Below, piece after piece: positions 48,201 to 56,454 of a stretch of 64,000 nucleotides of DNA. Made by a program: the position numbers and the translations under genes. The DNA comes from a virus: positions 32,001 through 96,000 of the IMG/VR virus record IMGVR_UViG_3300027733_000034; one strand, given 5' to 3'. Position 1 is the first letter of the stretch. Every line of letters starts with the position of its first letter. The notes beneath the pieces were generated by a model that had not been told where the DNA came from, ran no database searches, and was given only the letters and a program-made list of their open reading frames with translations.

Positions 48201-48497
48201 CGGTACTCTTTCAAAATATATAGATTCATTTAGAGAGAGGGTAATCGTAATAGTTTGAATACTTTGAGATTCTACAGCATCACCACTAGGACCATATGCT
48301 ACTAATTTAACCTGAAAAGAGCCAGCAGAAGAATATGTATGGGTTGGATATAATAAAGAACTGGAAGATCCGTCTCCAAAATACCAAGTAACCTTTGTAT
48401 CTTTGGTAATCGGATATATGGTAGGAAAAAAAGAAATTGGAGTTATTCCTACATACCCGGTAGAAGAACTTACAGAAAAATTTACGAAAGATATCAT
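45222..48497 (-). CDS. baseplate wedge protein (gp7-like position) with PKD domain and beta-propeller
   Basis: WYFGDG...PTHTYSSAGSFQVKL; LDSQQNIW, CDNNRNVW, IDNNQNLW blades; DIDTCNIDQLYSL; directly follows gp6. Confidence 0.65.
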   Translation of the reverse strand: MISFVNFSVSSSTGYVGITPISFFPTIYPITKDTKVTWYFGDGSSSSLLYPTHTYSSAGSFQVKLVAYGPSGDAVESQSIQTITITLSLNESIYFERVPPPTHAGFLNAYPFKLVITSPDTKDHFIQLSTLFSRSSNPGSGTKWNFLRPETRFYDLNGNQIQTIKTIDTILHSNSAGKLNPTGSYVAGVSGYAEFYFSDDLYNMDVASSSSDYTTILATLLTDNSKDYTLQTESLNFLPSYANSKAVAVCPYVQTWKTPDILKITENGIREHANPRWSTSKVPIIVNATYSPITLDDPWLSENNFKFPSDSSYFVHSFPLKNEDNFPIEVGLIGLSATFDPEPYFNWTDYSNYKTPGYYKGQFDAENVNTLGVCITAHLSAAMPPLTANFFNPLLWLSNPENGSVTVAQYSRVNLLSSLIVPPIVQQSFEMPVVTNGLSGFHGIYSIAALPYPYYQAWMLDSELSYLYRIDSKGDILSAIDINDLVTTNLGITGTTTYPIAMSLDSQQNIWLTLSDSVTSIKLDSYGNFLTAINPSSFVFSSSSSLSSFVPWLCAESYFPTLTSFLTDEIFIEPTFLDIDINDNIFICYSNPLSSFIVQYKADDFSILYAISLPALSTPSEIVCDNNRNVWISLPFNQGDNLGYIERRNSTLTLLSSAPGGLSRFGPYQNINNLTIDNNQNLWFTHDYRSVSKITVTNDISGNELYSTQTVELFTANSYLNAETHVLEGICSDLAGKIYVINSIENCVYLLDNDSVSIVDSFVINPQGFVHYLDANNKNALAYGRGNKSLQANGDWSGFRWTNKFGLKYLSSIEKSTKYFSVSGISRPLDFYADNSYAYGLAKINEDFDMASYMKKLAFMPILQDSPVLFDDFFASILGNKAGDLGTDIYEKIANFTSNNVDIDTCNIDQLYSLSQMVDLNTDDFLFTYPESIKRLMNLISINQSRLRGAKDSRKYFFKSIPGQQIEAFNKGPIYTSSMGISAGEPVILKNKSIDEYQLIYTGNINNFTLYSTNMLASYLNLPQNWTEYYEFYKYITLSEGKTLEGIIDWENPFTTINYNTSSKEEWQGNEGIYETLLTYELYKGLNLLNY

Positions 48498-48499
48498 AA

Positions 48500-50269
48500 T
48501 TAAAAGTCTGCTATTTTTACAGAATAAGAAAGATCCACTACTTCAATGCGATCGGCTAAATAAGCAACATTATTGAGCAATGGATATTTAAAATCATCTA
48601 AATATATTGTTTGAGTATAAACATTTATATCATTTGTAGGATATTTGGAATTCCATACTAAAAATGATAATTGTCTGGAAACTGTGTCGGTATCTTTACG
48701 ATAACTATCTATATAGTCTACTCCATCTATTCCAATAATATACGTAGTCAATTGATGAGTATTAATATCATATCCGAGAACTGCTGCGGCAAAATAGTTT
48801 TTAATTAAATTAACCACATCAAATTTAATAGAAGCACTAGACCTACGTGTATTTGGATTTTTGTGTATTCTTAAAGTTGTCTGAAGAATATCTGTAGTAG
48901 TAACTGGTTTGTATAAATCTTTTAAATAAAAATCAAACAACATATATTCAGGATCCGTAGGAACAATTTGGATTCCAAGACCTTTGTATCTATTAACTTC
49001 TTTTAAAATTATTTCTTTTTGAGCAGATAATAAATATTTTTGAGAATTTTTTGGAATACTGTATATGTAAACATTGTTAAAATTGCACGAATTGGCAAAT
49101 TTAACTTGATTCAACAAAATTTGGGTTTCTAATTGAGGTTTGCTTAAACCTATAGAATATAAATATTTTAAATGAGTATTTAAATAGGTGTCATTATCAA
49201 TAGCTTTTGAATCTTTAATAATATTAGAAAAATTATTATTAACAAAATAATTGTAATCATCTGTTGTTATTAATCTTTGTTGACTTCTAAAAGATTTTGG
49301 GGCCTTTTTTCTTATAGATTCAACTGATTCTTCATCACTATATTGAGAGGAAGGAAATAAATTGTCTAAAGACAGGAAATTAAGTTTATCAAAAGTAAAA
49401 TAGGTGCCAAAAATAGATTTAGTTTGATTAAAAATTGTACTAAATTGTCTAGAGTTGAATGGAACAAAAGTATTATTTCTTAAAGCATGTGGTCCAATGG
49501 TGTTACTACCTGGGTTTATTTTTAAAAAATAAATAGCCACTTGATCTCCAGCATCTAATTTTTGACCGTTAATATCATCACCAAATAAAATTTCATACCT
49601 TTTATTAGCATTATATCTTACTTCATACACTTTAGCAGTGGCAGAATATTGAGTTAAATTTTCCACTCTGGTCCATTTTTTCCAAGTTTGAGTGTCTTTT
49701 AATACATAAACATCTATGGTAAGGTGATCAATAAAAACATCATCTCCCGTTGCTATATACACCACTTCATTTTCAATTCCCAAAGCAGAATGGATATCAT
49801 ATTCTTGTATAGAACCTTCTCTCAGCATATAAGTGTGATTTACGTCTGCAATGGTTTCTGTTCCAGCTGTTTGTTTTGTAAAACCTATATCTTGAGTCAA
49901 GGTAAAAATAGTACCACCAACTGATGTGTAACTATAGCGGGGTATTATATAAGAATTTGCAGAGAGATCACTAGAAGCGGTGATAGTAAAGGGAACTGAT
50001 TGAGAAGTTTTGCCTATCGGATTGTAGTTTAAAATTTTAACAATTCGATTCATGTTTTCATATATTTGAGCTTCGGAAAACATACTCTCAGAAGAGGTTT
50101 TGCTGTTGTAAAATTGTAAACTACCAAAAGCCATACTGATAATATCAATTATGGCAGAAATATTAGATCCTTGAAAATTTTGATCAGTAAAAACTTGACT
50201 ATTGTTGAGTTTATCAACAATTTTATTGCGCAATTCTAATGCATCAAAAGCTAAAAATTGATTATCCAT
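48500..50269 (-). CDS. gp6: baseplate wedge subunit gp6
   Basis: FTDQNFQGSN, ESMFSEAQ, YEILFGDDINGQKL, ESVESIRKKAP...QQRLITTDDY. Confidence 0.92.
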   Translation of the reverse strand: MDNQFLAFDALELRNKIVDKLNNSQVFTDQNFQGSNISAIIDIISMAFGSLQFYNSKTSSESMFSEAQIYENMNRIVKILNYNPIGKTSQSVPFTITASSDLSANSYIIPRYSYTSVGGTIFTLTQDIGFTKQTAGTETIADVNHTYMLREGSIQEYDIHSALGIENEVVYIATGDDVFIDHLTIDVYVLKDTQTWKKWTRVENLTQYSATAKVYEVRYNANKRYEILFGDDINGQKLDAGDQVAIYFLKINPGSNTIGPHALRNNTFVPFNSRQFSTIFNQTKSIFGTYFTFDKLNFLSLDNLFPSSQYSDEESVESIRKKAPKSFRSQQRLITTDDYNYFVNNNFSNIIKDSKAIDNDTYLNTHLKYLYSIGLSKPQLETQILLNQVKFANSCNFNNVYIYSIPKNSQKYLLSAQKEIILKEVNRYKGLGIQIVPTDPEYMLFDFYLKDLYKPVTTTDILQTTLRIHKNPNTRRSSASIKFDVVNLIKNYFAAAVLGYDINTHQLTTYIIGIDGVDYIDSYRKDTDTVSRQLSFLVWNSKYPTNDINVYTQTIYLDDFKYPLLNNVAYLADRIEVVDLSYSVKIADF

Positions 50270-50792
50270 ATACTGTAATATTGTTTACCCCTGAATAGTG
50301 TTGTGTATTAAATCTAAACTCTAATTTATCTAACAAACCAGATTGTTTGACTCTGTAATTAATAGATATTTCGTAACTATATTCCTCTTTATTGGGTTTA
50401 ATGTATAATTTAAGCAATTCTATGCGAGGTTCAAATGTACCTATAGAACGTACTATATCATTGCCTATAATGTTGGCATTAGATTCTGTTACTGCTTCAA
50501 ATAAAAATCTGTCAAGAGATCCGAAAAAATTGGGTGATAAAACTTTCCAACCTTGCTTACAGGAAAAAATGTTGTAAATAGAATTTGAAATAGCTTTTTT
50601 ATCATGGTCTACTTCAAAATCTGCAGAAAAAACTGGATTTAAACCGTTTCCTATGTTCTGGGATATTTTTAAATCTAGGTGCAAATCTGTATAAGTATAA
50701 CTAGAGGCAGATTTGTTGTATTGGTCTGTGGGAGCAGAACCACTATTAGTAATCTTGGGTTTAACTATATTATCTAAATAAATAGCGGCCAT
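50262..50792 (-). CDS. gp25: baseplate wedge subunit gp25
   Basis: YTDLHL, AISNSIYNIF...GWKVLSPNFFGSL...LFE, FEPRIEL. Confidence 0.9.
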   Translation of the reverse strand: MAAIYLDNIVKPKITNSGSAPTDQYNKSASSYTYTDLHLDLKISQNIGNGLNPVFSADFEVDHDKKAISNSIYNIFSCKQGWKVLSPNFFGSLDRFLFEAVTESNANIIGNDIVRSIGTFEPRIELLKLYIKPNKEEYSYEISINYRVKQSGLLDKLEFRFNTQHYSGVNNITVYG

Positions 50793-50796
50793 GGTG

Positions 50797-50808
50797 ATAA
50801 ATATTTAT
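50797..50808. promoter_or_regulatory. palindromic bidirectional late promoter
   Basis: Perfect palindrome ATAAATATTTAT giving TAAATA on both strands between divergent genes. Confidence 0.65.
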
Positions 50809-50828
50809 GCCTAAAATCTCTATAATGT

Positions 50829-51407
50829 ATGAATAACAAATTTAACAAATTTCAAAATTTATTTGAAACAGCATTTTCTCACTTTTCCAATGGAGGATTT
50901 AGAGAGGGCACTCCTATTGTGTTAAAACCTAGTTTTTTGAAGTGTGATTATTATAAAAAACATTATAGTGGCCATGAGGCTTTCTCTAATTTTTTGAAAG
51001 AACTTATTAATAATGAAGTTATGTTCTTTATTAAAAGAGTTGTTAGTCGTGGATCCATGCAAAATGTGAAGGATGCTAACGATAACGAAGGAGCTGGTGA
51101 TGTATATCTTAGCTTGCACACAGACCCTCGCACAGTTCAGTGGCCTACTGAATATAATGAGTTTACTATTCCAGGAGATTTTGATTTATTAGACATTAAA
51201 GATTATGGAATTAATCTCCCTCCAGTACAAGGAGTTCCTAATAGGTATGAATTGCCTTTGAATGGAGATATCAAAGTGTTCAAAATGGAAACAAAGGTAG
51301 ATAATCGTTCTGAAGATGATTTCTTGCCAGTAAAAAATACAACTTTGGCACACACAAGTAAACCAGGTGCACCAAAGTTGGTTAAAATTACCTCTAAAAA
51401 GAAGTAA
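50829..51407 (+). CDS. hypothetical late protein
   Basis: 192-aa ORF; N-terminal KFxxLFE. Confidence 0.65.
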   Translation: MNNKFNKFQNLFETAFSHFSNGGFREGTPIVLKPSFLKCDYYKKHYSGHEAFSNFLKELINNEVMFFIKRVVSRGSMQNVKDANDNEGAGDVYLSLHTDPRTVQWPTEYNEFTIPGDFDLLDIKDYGINLPPVQGVPNRYELPLNGDIKVFKMETKVDNRSEDDFLPVKNTTLAHTSKPGAPKLVKITSKKK

Positions 51408-51408
51408 T

Positions 51409-52341
51409 TTATTTTAAATCATTTTCCAGAGCAATTATACAACAAAAGAAATTAATTTCTTTGTCTAAAACTGTTGCATCTCTATACATATATTCTCCGA
51501 GATTTAACATTAAAGATTTTTTGACATTGTCTTTAAAATCTGAGCGATAAATGTATTCAAATAATTCTTTCATCAAACTTTGAAAGTCACCATTAAAAGA
51601 TTTTTCTGCTTCAATAATCTTCTTACGAATTTCTAAGCTAGAAGTCTTTGCTGTCAAATCTTTAAATATAGAAGACGCAAAATTTGATATTTGATTATCT
51701 TCTTTAATGATTAATTGACCAGAGACCGAATATTTTTGTAAATCATTAATGATTCGACGAATGTCAGGACTGTTCTTTTCTATAAGACTTAACAATGCTG
51801 ACTTTTGATCATCTGCTACAGAAACTCCTTCACCTCTAAGGATATCTATGCTTCGCTGTACAATACCTTTAAGATTAGGTTGAAGCTTAAATAAGATGCA
51901 TCTTGAACGAATGGGTTCAATAATCTTGTTGATGTAATTTGCTGTAAGGAGAAAGCGTGTGGTGTCTGTAAATTCATCCATTACATTCCGTAGAATACGC
52001 AAAGAATCTCCAGTCAATCCGTCTGCTTCGTCTAGAATCACTACTTTTTTCTTTCCGTCTAAAGATCGAGTTTGAGCAAATGAAATAACTTTGTTACGAA
52101 TGGTGTCAATACCATTTTCATCACTAGCATTAATATAAAGATACTGACACTTTAATACATGTTTGACTAGAATCTTAACTGAGGTGGTTTTACCGATACC
52201 AGCACTACCGTGAAACAAAAGATGAGGAGTATCTTCATTGATAGACAACAAATGATTTTTAATTTCTTGTTCTAAAACAAGATCTTCAAATTTTTGTGGT
52301 CTATATTTTTCACACCATAAATTTTTATAATGATTGTTCAT
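51409..52341 (-). CDS. gp44: clamp loader AAA+ subunit (T4 gp44/RFC-like)
   Basis: LWCEKYRP, HGSAGIGKTT, INASDENGIDTIR, ILDEAD, IRSRC. Confidence 0.95.
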   Translation of the reverse strand: MNNHYKNLWCEKYRPQKFEDLVLEQEIKNHLLSINEDTPHLLFHGSAGIGKTTSVKILVKHVLKCQYLYINASDENGIDTIRNKVISFAQTRSLDGKKKVVILDEADGLTGDSLRILRNVMDEFTDTTRFLLTANYINKIIEPIRSRCILFKLQPNLKGIVQRSIDILRGEGVSVADDQKSALLSLIEKNSPDIRRIINDLQKYSVSGQLIIKEDNQISNFASSIFKDLTAKTSSLEIRKKIIEAEKSFNGDFQSLMKELFEYIYRSDFKDNVKKSLMLNLGEYMYRDATVLDKEINFFCCIIALENDLK

Positions 52342-52343
52342 AA

Positions 52344-52790
52344 TTATTTTCCTGATTGACCGAAGCCGTTAGCTCCTCGATCGGTTTCTTCTACTTCTTC
52401 TGACCACTGCGGTTCAAGAGATATCAACGGAAAGTAAGCTATTTGAGCTACTCTATCTCCCTTTAACACCTTATGATCTGTATTAGAAAAATTATATAAT
52501 TTAACTCCCAGATCTCCGCGATAACCATTGTCAATCACTCCAAGATGAGGTTGTATACCATGTTTAAAGCCCATACCAGATCGCGGAAGAATTAAATACC
52601 AAATATTTTCTGGTACTTTTGCTACTTGTATTCCAGTTGGGACAACTCCATCTCCCTTGGAAGGAATAGTAACATCCTCTACAGCAAATAGATCATAACC
52701 TGTATCATTAGAATTATTTCTACGCGGAAGAAGAGCCTCGGGATGAGTTTTCTTAAAGTGAATTTCAGATAGAAAAGGATAATTAGTCAT
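52344..52790 (-). CDS. dut: dUTPase (trimeric)
   Basis: DTGYDL, PRSG, GVIDNGYRG, GDRVAQ, RGANGFGQSG; start moved to 52790. Confidence 0.95.
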   Translation of the reverse strand: MTNYPFLSEIHFKKTHPEALLPRRNNSNDTGYDLFAVEDVTIPSKGDGVVPTGIQVAKVPENIWYLILPRSGMGFKHGIQPHLGVIDNGYRGDLGVKLYNFSNTDHKVLKGDRVAQIAYFPLISLEPQWSEEVEETDRGANGFGQSGK

Positions 52791-52796
52791 ATAAGT

Positions 52797-52825
52797 ATTA
52801 TAGCTCTGGATTAAAAAATATTCAA
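52797..52825 (-). promoter_or_regulatory. sigma70-type promoter, leaderless start for dut
   Basis: TTGAAT-17 nt-TATAAT-6 nt-ATG. Confidence 0.75.
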
Positions 52826-52826
52826 C

Positions 52827-53294
52827 ATGGAATGCCGTAACGAAATTGATAGTATTATACAAGACCTTAGAGCAGATAGTATTACGTCTGCTTTATTAAT
52901 TCCTTCCAATCCTGTAGAAAAGGTGGATGATGAAAATGTTAATGAGTATGTATATAAAAAAACCTCAGAGGTGATTCAAGCTGGTTTAGAGGCTATTACT
53001 AGTCTTAAAAATTCTATTGCTATGGGAGCTGATTCTAAAGAAATTGCTGCTATGGCTCAGTTGATAGGAGCCACAACCAAGGCTATTGATTCGATGAATA
53101 AAATTAATCTACAACAAAAACAAGCCACTGTAGATGTAAAACTTAAAGAGATGGATATTGCTGGAAAGAAAGATATTGTTTCCAGACTTCCAGCTTCTAA
53201 TAATATTCTTATAGCCACTAGAGATGAGGTAATTTCTCAAATGATTGGTAGTAAATCTTCAAAAACCAGAGGAGATATGTTGCTAGACAGCTAA
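52827..53294 (+). CDS. probable terminase small subunit (gp16-like)
   Basis: Helical hairpin then NNILIATRDEVI, resembling the gp16 C-terminal NxxFVGSTxEL segment; size fits; TAAGTA upstream. Confidence 0.55.
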   Translation: MECRNEIDSIIQDLRADSITSALLIPSNPVEKVDDENVNEYVYKKTSEVIQAGLEAITSLKNSIAMGADSKEIAAMAQLIGATTKAIDSMNKINLQQKQATVDVKLKEMDIAGKKDIVSRLPASNNILIATRDEVISQMIGSKSSKTRGDMLLDS

Positions 53295-53768
53295 AGATTT
53301 CTTATCTTCTGGTAACTTAATACCTCTTTCTTGTCCTACTTCTTTCATCTTGGCTAAATATTGGCTCATAGTAACTGGTCTTTTTCCTTTGTGTTGAAAA
53401 TTGTTACTTCTATGGATCAAATCATTGTATACATTCCAAAAAACGTCTTCTGGAACATCGTGTAAATCTATATCTTTGTCTTCTGCTGTAAATTCAAGTT
53501 TGTGATTATCTAAAAAATCTAAAAAATCTTCAAATTTTTGAACACTTTCCATTGAAGTATTTTTATAACCTAATTTAGTCATTGAAGTCCAATTGGTTAT
53601 TCGACCAAAATTTTCCTGAGAAGGATTATTAAATAAACATTTTTTAACATGTTCTATTTTTTGGTCCACATCTTTAATATCTTTAGCTTCTACTCTAGCT
53701 ATTTGCCAAAGAGTATTAAACTTATTAATTTTATTATTTGCTTCAGTATAAAAATTTAAAAAATTCAT
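53283..53768 (-). CDS. hypothetical late protein, possible capsid-internal protein
   Basis: N-terminus MNFLNFYTEA; TAAGTA 7 nt upstream. Confidence 0.6.
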   Translation of the reverse strand: MNFLNFYTEANNKINKFNTLWQIARVEAKDIKDVDQKIEHVKKCLFNNPSQENFGRITNWTSMTKLGYKNTSMESVQKFEDFLDFLDNHKLEFTAEDKDIDLHDVPEDVFWNVYNDLIHRSNNFQHKGKRPVTMSQYLAKMKEVGQERGIKLPEDKKSLAV

Positions 53769-53781
53769 ATAAGATTACTTA

Positions 53782-54309
53782 TTAAACAAAGAAGTAAGGC
53801 ACATCTCTTTTAGTCCAAGAAGCTTTTACCATTTTTTTTCCAAATTTAAACTCTCTCTTGGCTTTGTTGTAATAATTCTGATAACCCAGGACTGGATTAC
53901 CTGGTACAATACATTCCGGAAATGAAACTGCAAAACATTGTGGATGCTCTGTAAGGCTAGAAGAAGACAGCTCCGGGGGATTATTTTTACTCCATTCTAT
54001 AAACTCCCAGGTAAAATGTGGTTTGCCAAATCGATATAATCTTTCTTGATATAAACCACTCAAATGGTCTAAGGTCCAAGTAAAATTATTCATATTTTGC
54101 CTCACCCATTTGGTCATTGGATGATTATAATGTCCATGTTTACGTGGTTGGCCTTTTTGAGTGCGAGGACAATCTGCTTCTGCTAATCGTTCTAGAGAAT
54201 ATGCAGCTGCTAACAACTGAGAACCTTCTATAATAATCTTGTTAATATGAAGATCTTGATAATATTGAGCTGCTTTTTGTGGATCTAGATCAAGAATGAA
54301 TAAGTTCAT
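53782..54309 (-). CDS. pyrimidine-dimer DNA glycosylase / endonuclease V-like protein
   Basis: MNLFILD.DP..AAQY..D.H..K.I.E..QLL, HYNHPMTKWVR, YRFGKPH, YQNYY, WTKRDVPYF. Confidence 0.8.
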   Translation of the reverse strand: MNLFILDLDPQKAAQYYQDLHINKIIIEGSQLLAAAYSLERLAEADCPRTQKGQPRKHGHYNHPMTKWVRQNMNNFTWTLDHLSGLYQERLYRFGKPHFTWEFIEWSKNNPPELSSSSLTEHPQCFAVSFPECIVPGNPVLGYQNYYNKAKREFKFGKKMVKASWTKRDVPYFFV

Positions 54310-54841
54310 GAAGGTATTTTAGTACAATATTCTTTCTTTCGTCACGACTTCCTTTAACTATTGTTACATTTTTATATTTTAACAATTCCTCTGACATATA
54401 ATGATCTATTTCTCTCTGATATTCTGTATCAACCTTACGGATTCCGTCATTTTCCATCTCAAATTCAATAGGAACATAGAAGATCTGTGTATATAAAGGA
54501 ACGAAGAACTCCATCATGCAACTTACAGAATGCCAACATTCTGAATCAACCTGATTTTTAAGTCTTGCTGCAATCATATAAGCCCATCCATCTACCACAC
54601 ATCGGTCCGCAAACCAATTTTCTTCTGCAAATCGACTAACATGACTGGCTTGTACTACATATTGTACAAAATTTCCGCCTTTGTCATTTAATTCTTCGCC
54701 CAATTTGAATAATTTACGAGCATTACTAGTATTAAAAATAGGTTTAAGACCGTAAACATCTAAAAGATCATCAGCTATATCTTTTAAAACAGTGGTTTTA
54801 CCGGTTCCGTGAGCTCCACAAAAAGCAAATCTTAAATTCAT
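54290..54841 (-). CDS. AAA_28 (NadR/Ttd14-type) P-loop kinase/ATPase
   Basis: FAFCGAHGTGKTT, ADRCVVD, IFYVPIEF..ENDGIR..D.EYQ..ID; start moved to 54841. Confidence 0.8.
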   Translation of the reverse strand: MNLRFAFCGAHGTGKTTVLKDIADDLLDVYGLKPIFNTSNARKLFKLGEELNDKGGNFVQYVVQASHVSRFAEENWFADRCVVDGWAYMIAARLKNQVDSECWHSVSCMMEFFVPLYTQIFYVPIEFEMENDGIRKVDTEYQREIDHYMSEELLKYKNVTIVKGSRDERKNIVLKYLHELIHS

Positions 54842-54847
54842 ATGTCT

Positions 54848-54875
54848 ATAATAAGACAAAAATATGGGAAATCAA
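54848..54875 (-). promoter_or_regulatory. sigma70-type promoter, leaderless start
   Basis: TTGATT-16 nt-TATTAT-6 nt-ATG, immediately after the gp23 terminator. Confidence 0.55.
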
Positions 54876-54878
54876 AGC

Positions 54879-54915
54879 AAAAAAAACACTCCCACCTTTT
54901 GAGTGGGAGTGTTTT
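54879..54915 (-). terminator. rho-independent terminator after gp23
   Basis: AAAACACTCCCAC-cttttga-GTGGGAGTGTTTT; U8 tail on the minus strand. Confidence 0.9.
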
Positions 54916-54932
54916 AAGAACTATCCTAAGGC

Positions 54933-56384
54933 TTACATGTAGATTCTGGCATTACCGGCTACATTGTCTGTGCTAAGACCCTTAACGATGATTACATGGT
55001 AGTACAAAGAAGCACCGAAGATGTAATCTACAACTCCGTAACGGGTCATTAACCCTACGCGAGGTGCGAAATCTGTCGGTCCAACTGTACGTTGAATCAT
55101 CACAGGGATGTACGGACAATAGACGATACCTGTATCGTAATACTCGGTACCTTTGTAACCTAATAAAGCATATTCAATACCTGTTCCTGCTGCATTACGG
55201 CTACCTAGGTTCTGAGCTTCGGTACGTGTGTCGCGGTAGATTGTAAAGCGGCCACCAACTGTACCAACTTTGGCAATGCCTGTTGGTTGTGTGTTGACGT
55301 TTCCGTTTACTGGCATCCACTGAAACTCAGGGAGCATCTCCAAAATCGCACAAACACGTGGTGTTGCAACAATGAAGTTTGCGGAACCACGGCGGTTACG
55401 AATGGCGATACGATTAGCTTCAACGATGACCTTGGCGTAGAAGTCACGATTACGTTCTCCCATCCAACGAGCATCAGCAGAAGCTGCATACCAGAAGCTA
55501 TACCCAGTACCTTTACCTGCATTAAGAGACAACTGAATCATGCGAACAATCATTTCACGGTCGATTTCGGCCTGAATTTCATACGACATAGCGTTTGTCA
55601 ATTCAGAATCGATATCCAATCCGTTCATGTTCTTCAAATCCTGTTCCAATTCAACGGACCAGCGAGCTGCGAGGCGGCGTGTACCGGCTTCAACTGCGAT
55701 CTTGCTGAATTCAACAGTTACTTGAGGAATGTTCCCAGTTAATTCAAACTGACTCAAGATAGCGGCTACACCCTGATCTTCTGCATTCCATGACCAATCG
55801 GAGGTAACTCCGGAAAGACCAGCGGAAGAAGTGCCAGTGAAACGTGTATCCAAATATTGATAACCAATTTCATTCGGTCCGGCAACGCGAGGAATTCCAT
55901 TGGAACCCACACCTGTACCAGCACCGGGAGAATTGACACCATCAATACCGTTTGTACCTAGAGCAGCATTTTCATATCTATAACGCATTGCAAATGCCAT
56001 ACCAACCGGACCATTCATAGGTTGAACTCCAACGATTTCGTTGGTGATCAACTCAGGGAAAGTACGGCGGACCATAGGAATCAATACTTTAGGCATACGG
56101 GCATCACCACTAGCGTACCAATCAGACCCAGCGGGTCCTACTTGGCCACCGTAGTTGCCTGTTGCATTACCACCGAAAACACCACCGGAGGCGGTATTTC
56201 CAGTTTCATTTAAACACCACTTCTCTTGGTTTTCCATCAAGATGGCAGTAGCCAAACGGCTATGATCATTCTCAATTGGAGCTACCTTTGCGCTAGAGAA
56301 ATCAAGCACTGGGGCCCATTTTTCTAGCAACTGAGTTGCGCGGTTACGATCGATATATCCTGGAGCGGAGCTAACATTACTCAT
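54933..56384 (-). CDS. gp23: major capsid protein
   Basis: LLEKWAPVL, ENQE, LIPMVRR, VGVQPMNGPVG.AFAMR, R.LAARWSVELEQDLK, EIQAEIDRE, YCPYIP, PRVGLMTRYG. Confidence 0.98.
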   Translation of the reverse strand: MSNVSSAPGYIDRNRATQLLEKWAPVLDFSSAKVAPIENDHSRLATAILMENQEKWCLNETGNTASGGVFGGNATGNYGGQVGPAGSDWYASGDARMPKVLIPMVRRTFPELITNEIVGVQPMNGPVGMAFAMRYRYENAALGTNGIDGVNSPGAGTGVGSNGIPRVAGPNEIGYQYLDTRFTGTSSAGLSGVTSDWSWNAEDQGVAAILSQFELTGNIPQVTVEFSKIAVEAGTRRLAARWSVELEQDLKNMNGLDIDSELTNAMSYEIQAEIDREMIVRMIQLSLNAGKGTGYSFWYAASADARWMGERNRDFYAKVIVEANRIAIRNRRGSANFIVATPRVCAILEMLPEFQWMPVNGNVNTQPTGIAKVGTVGGRFTIYRDTRTEAQNLGSRNAAGTGIEYALLGYKGTEYYDTGIVYCPYIPVMIQRTVGPTDFAPRVGLMTRYGVVDYIFGASLYYHVIIVKGLSTDNVAGNARIYM

Positions 56385-56454
56385 ATATTTTAATTAACTT
56401 TCTATTTACTGTGATATAATTTCGAGAAAAACGTCATGTAATTCTCCAACTAAA

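Noticed and set aside
52791-52862. Longer ORF-track starts (dut 52862; likewise 13034, 11270, 54859, 57654, 58351)
   Set aside because: The extensions run through promoter motifs or neighbouring genes; downstream ATGs fit the motif spacing and the expected family N-termini
54933-56384. Visibly higher GC in gp23 and antisense ORFs within it
   Set aside because: Explained by Gly/Ala-rich composition and codon bias of a highly expressed gene, not by horizontal transfer or overprinting
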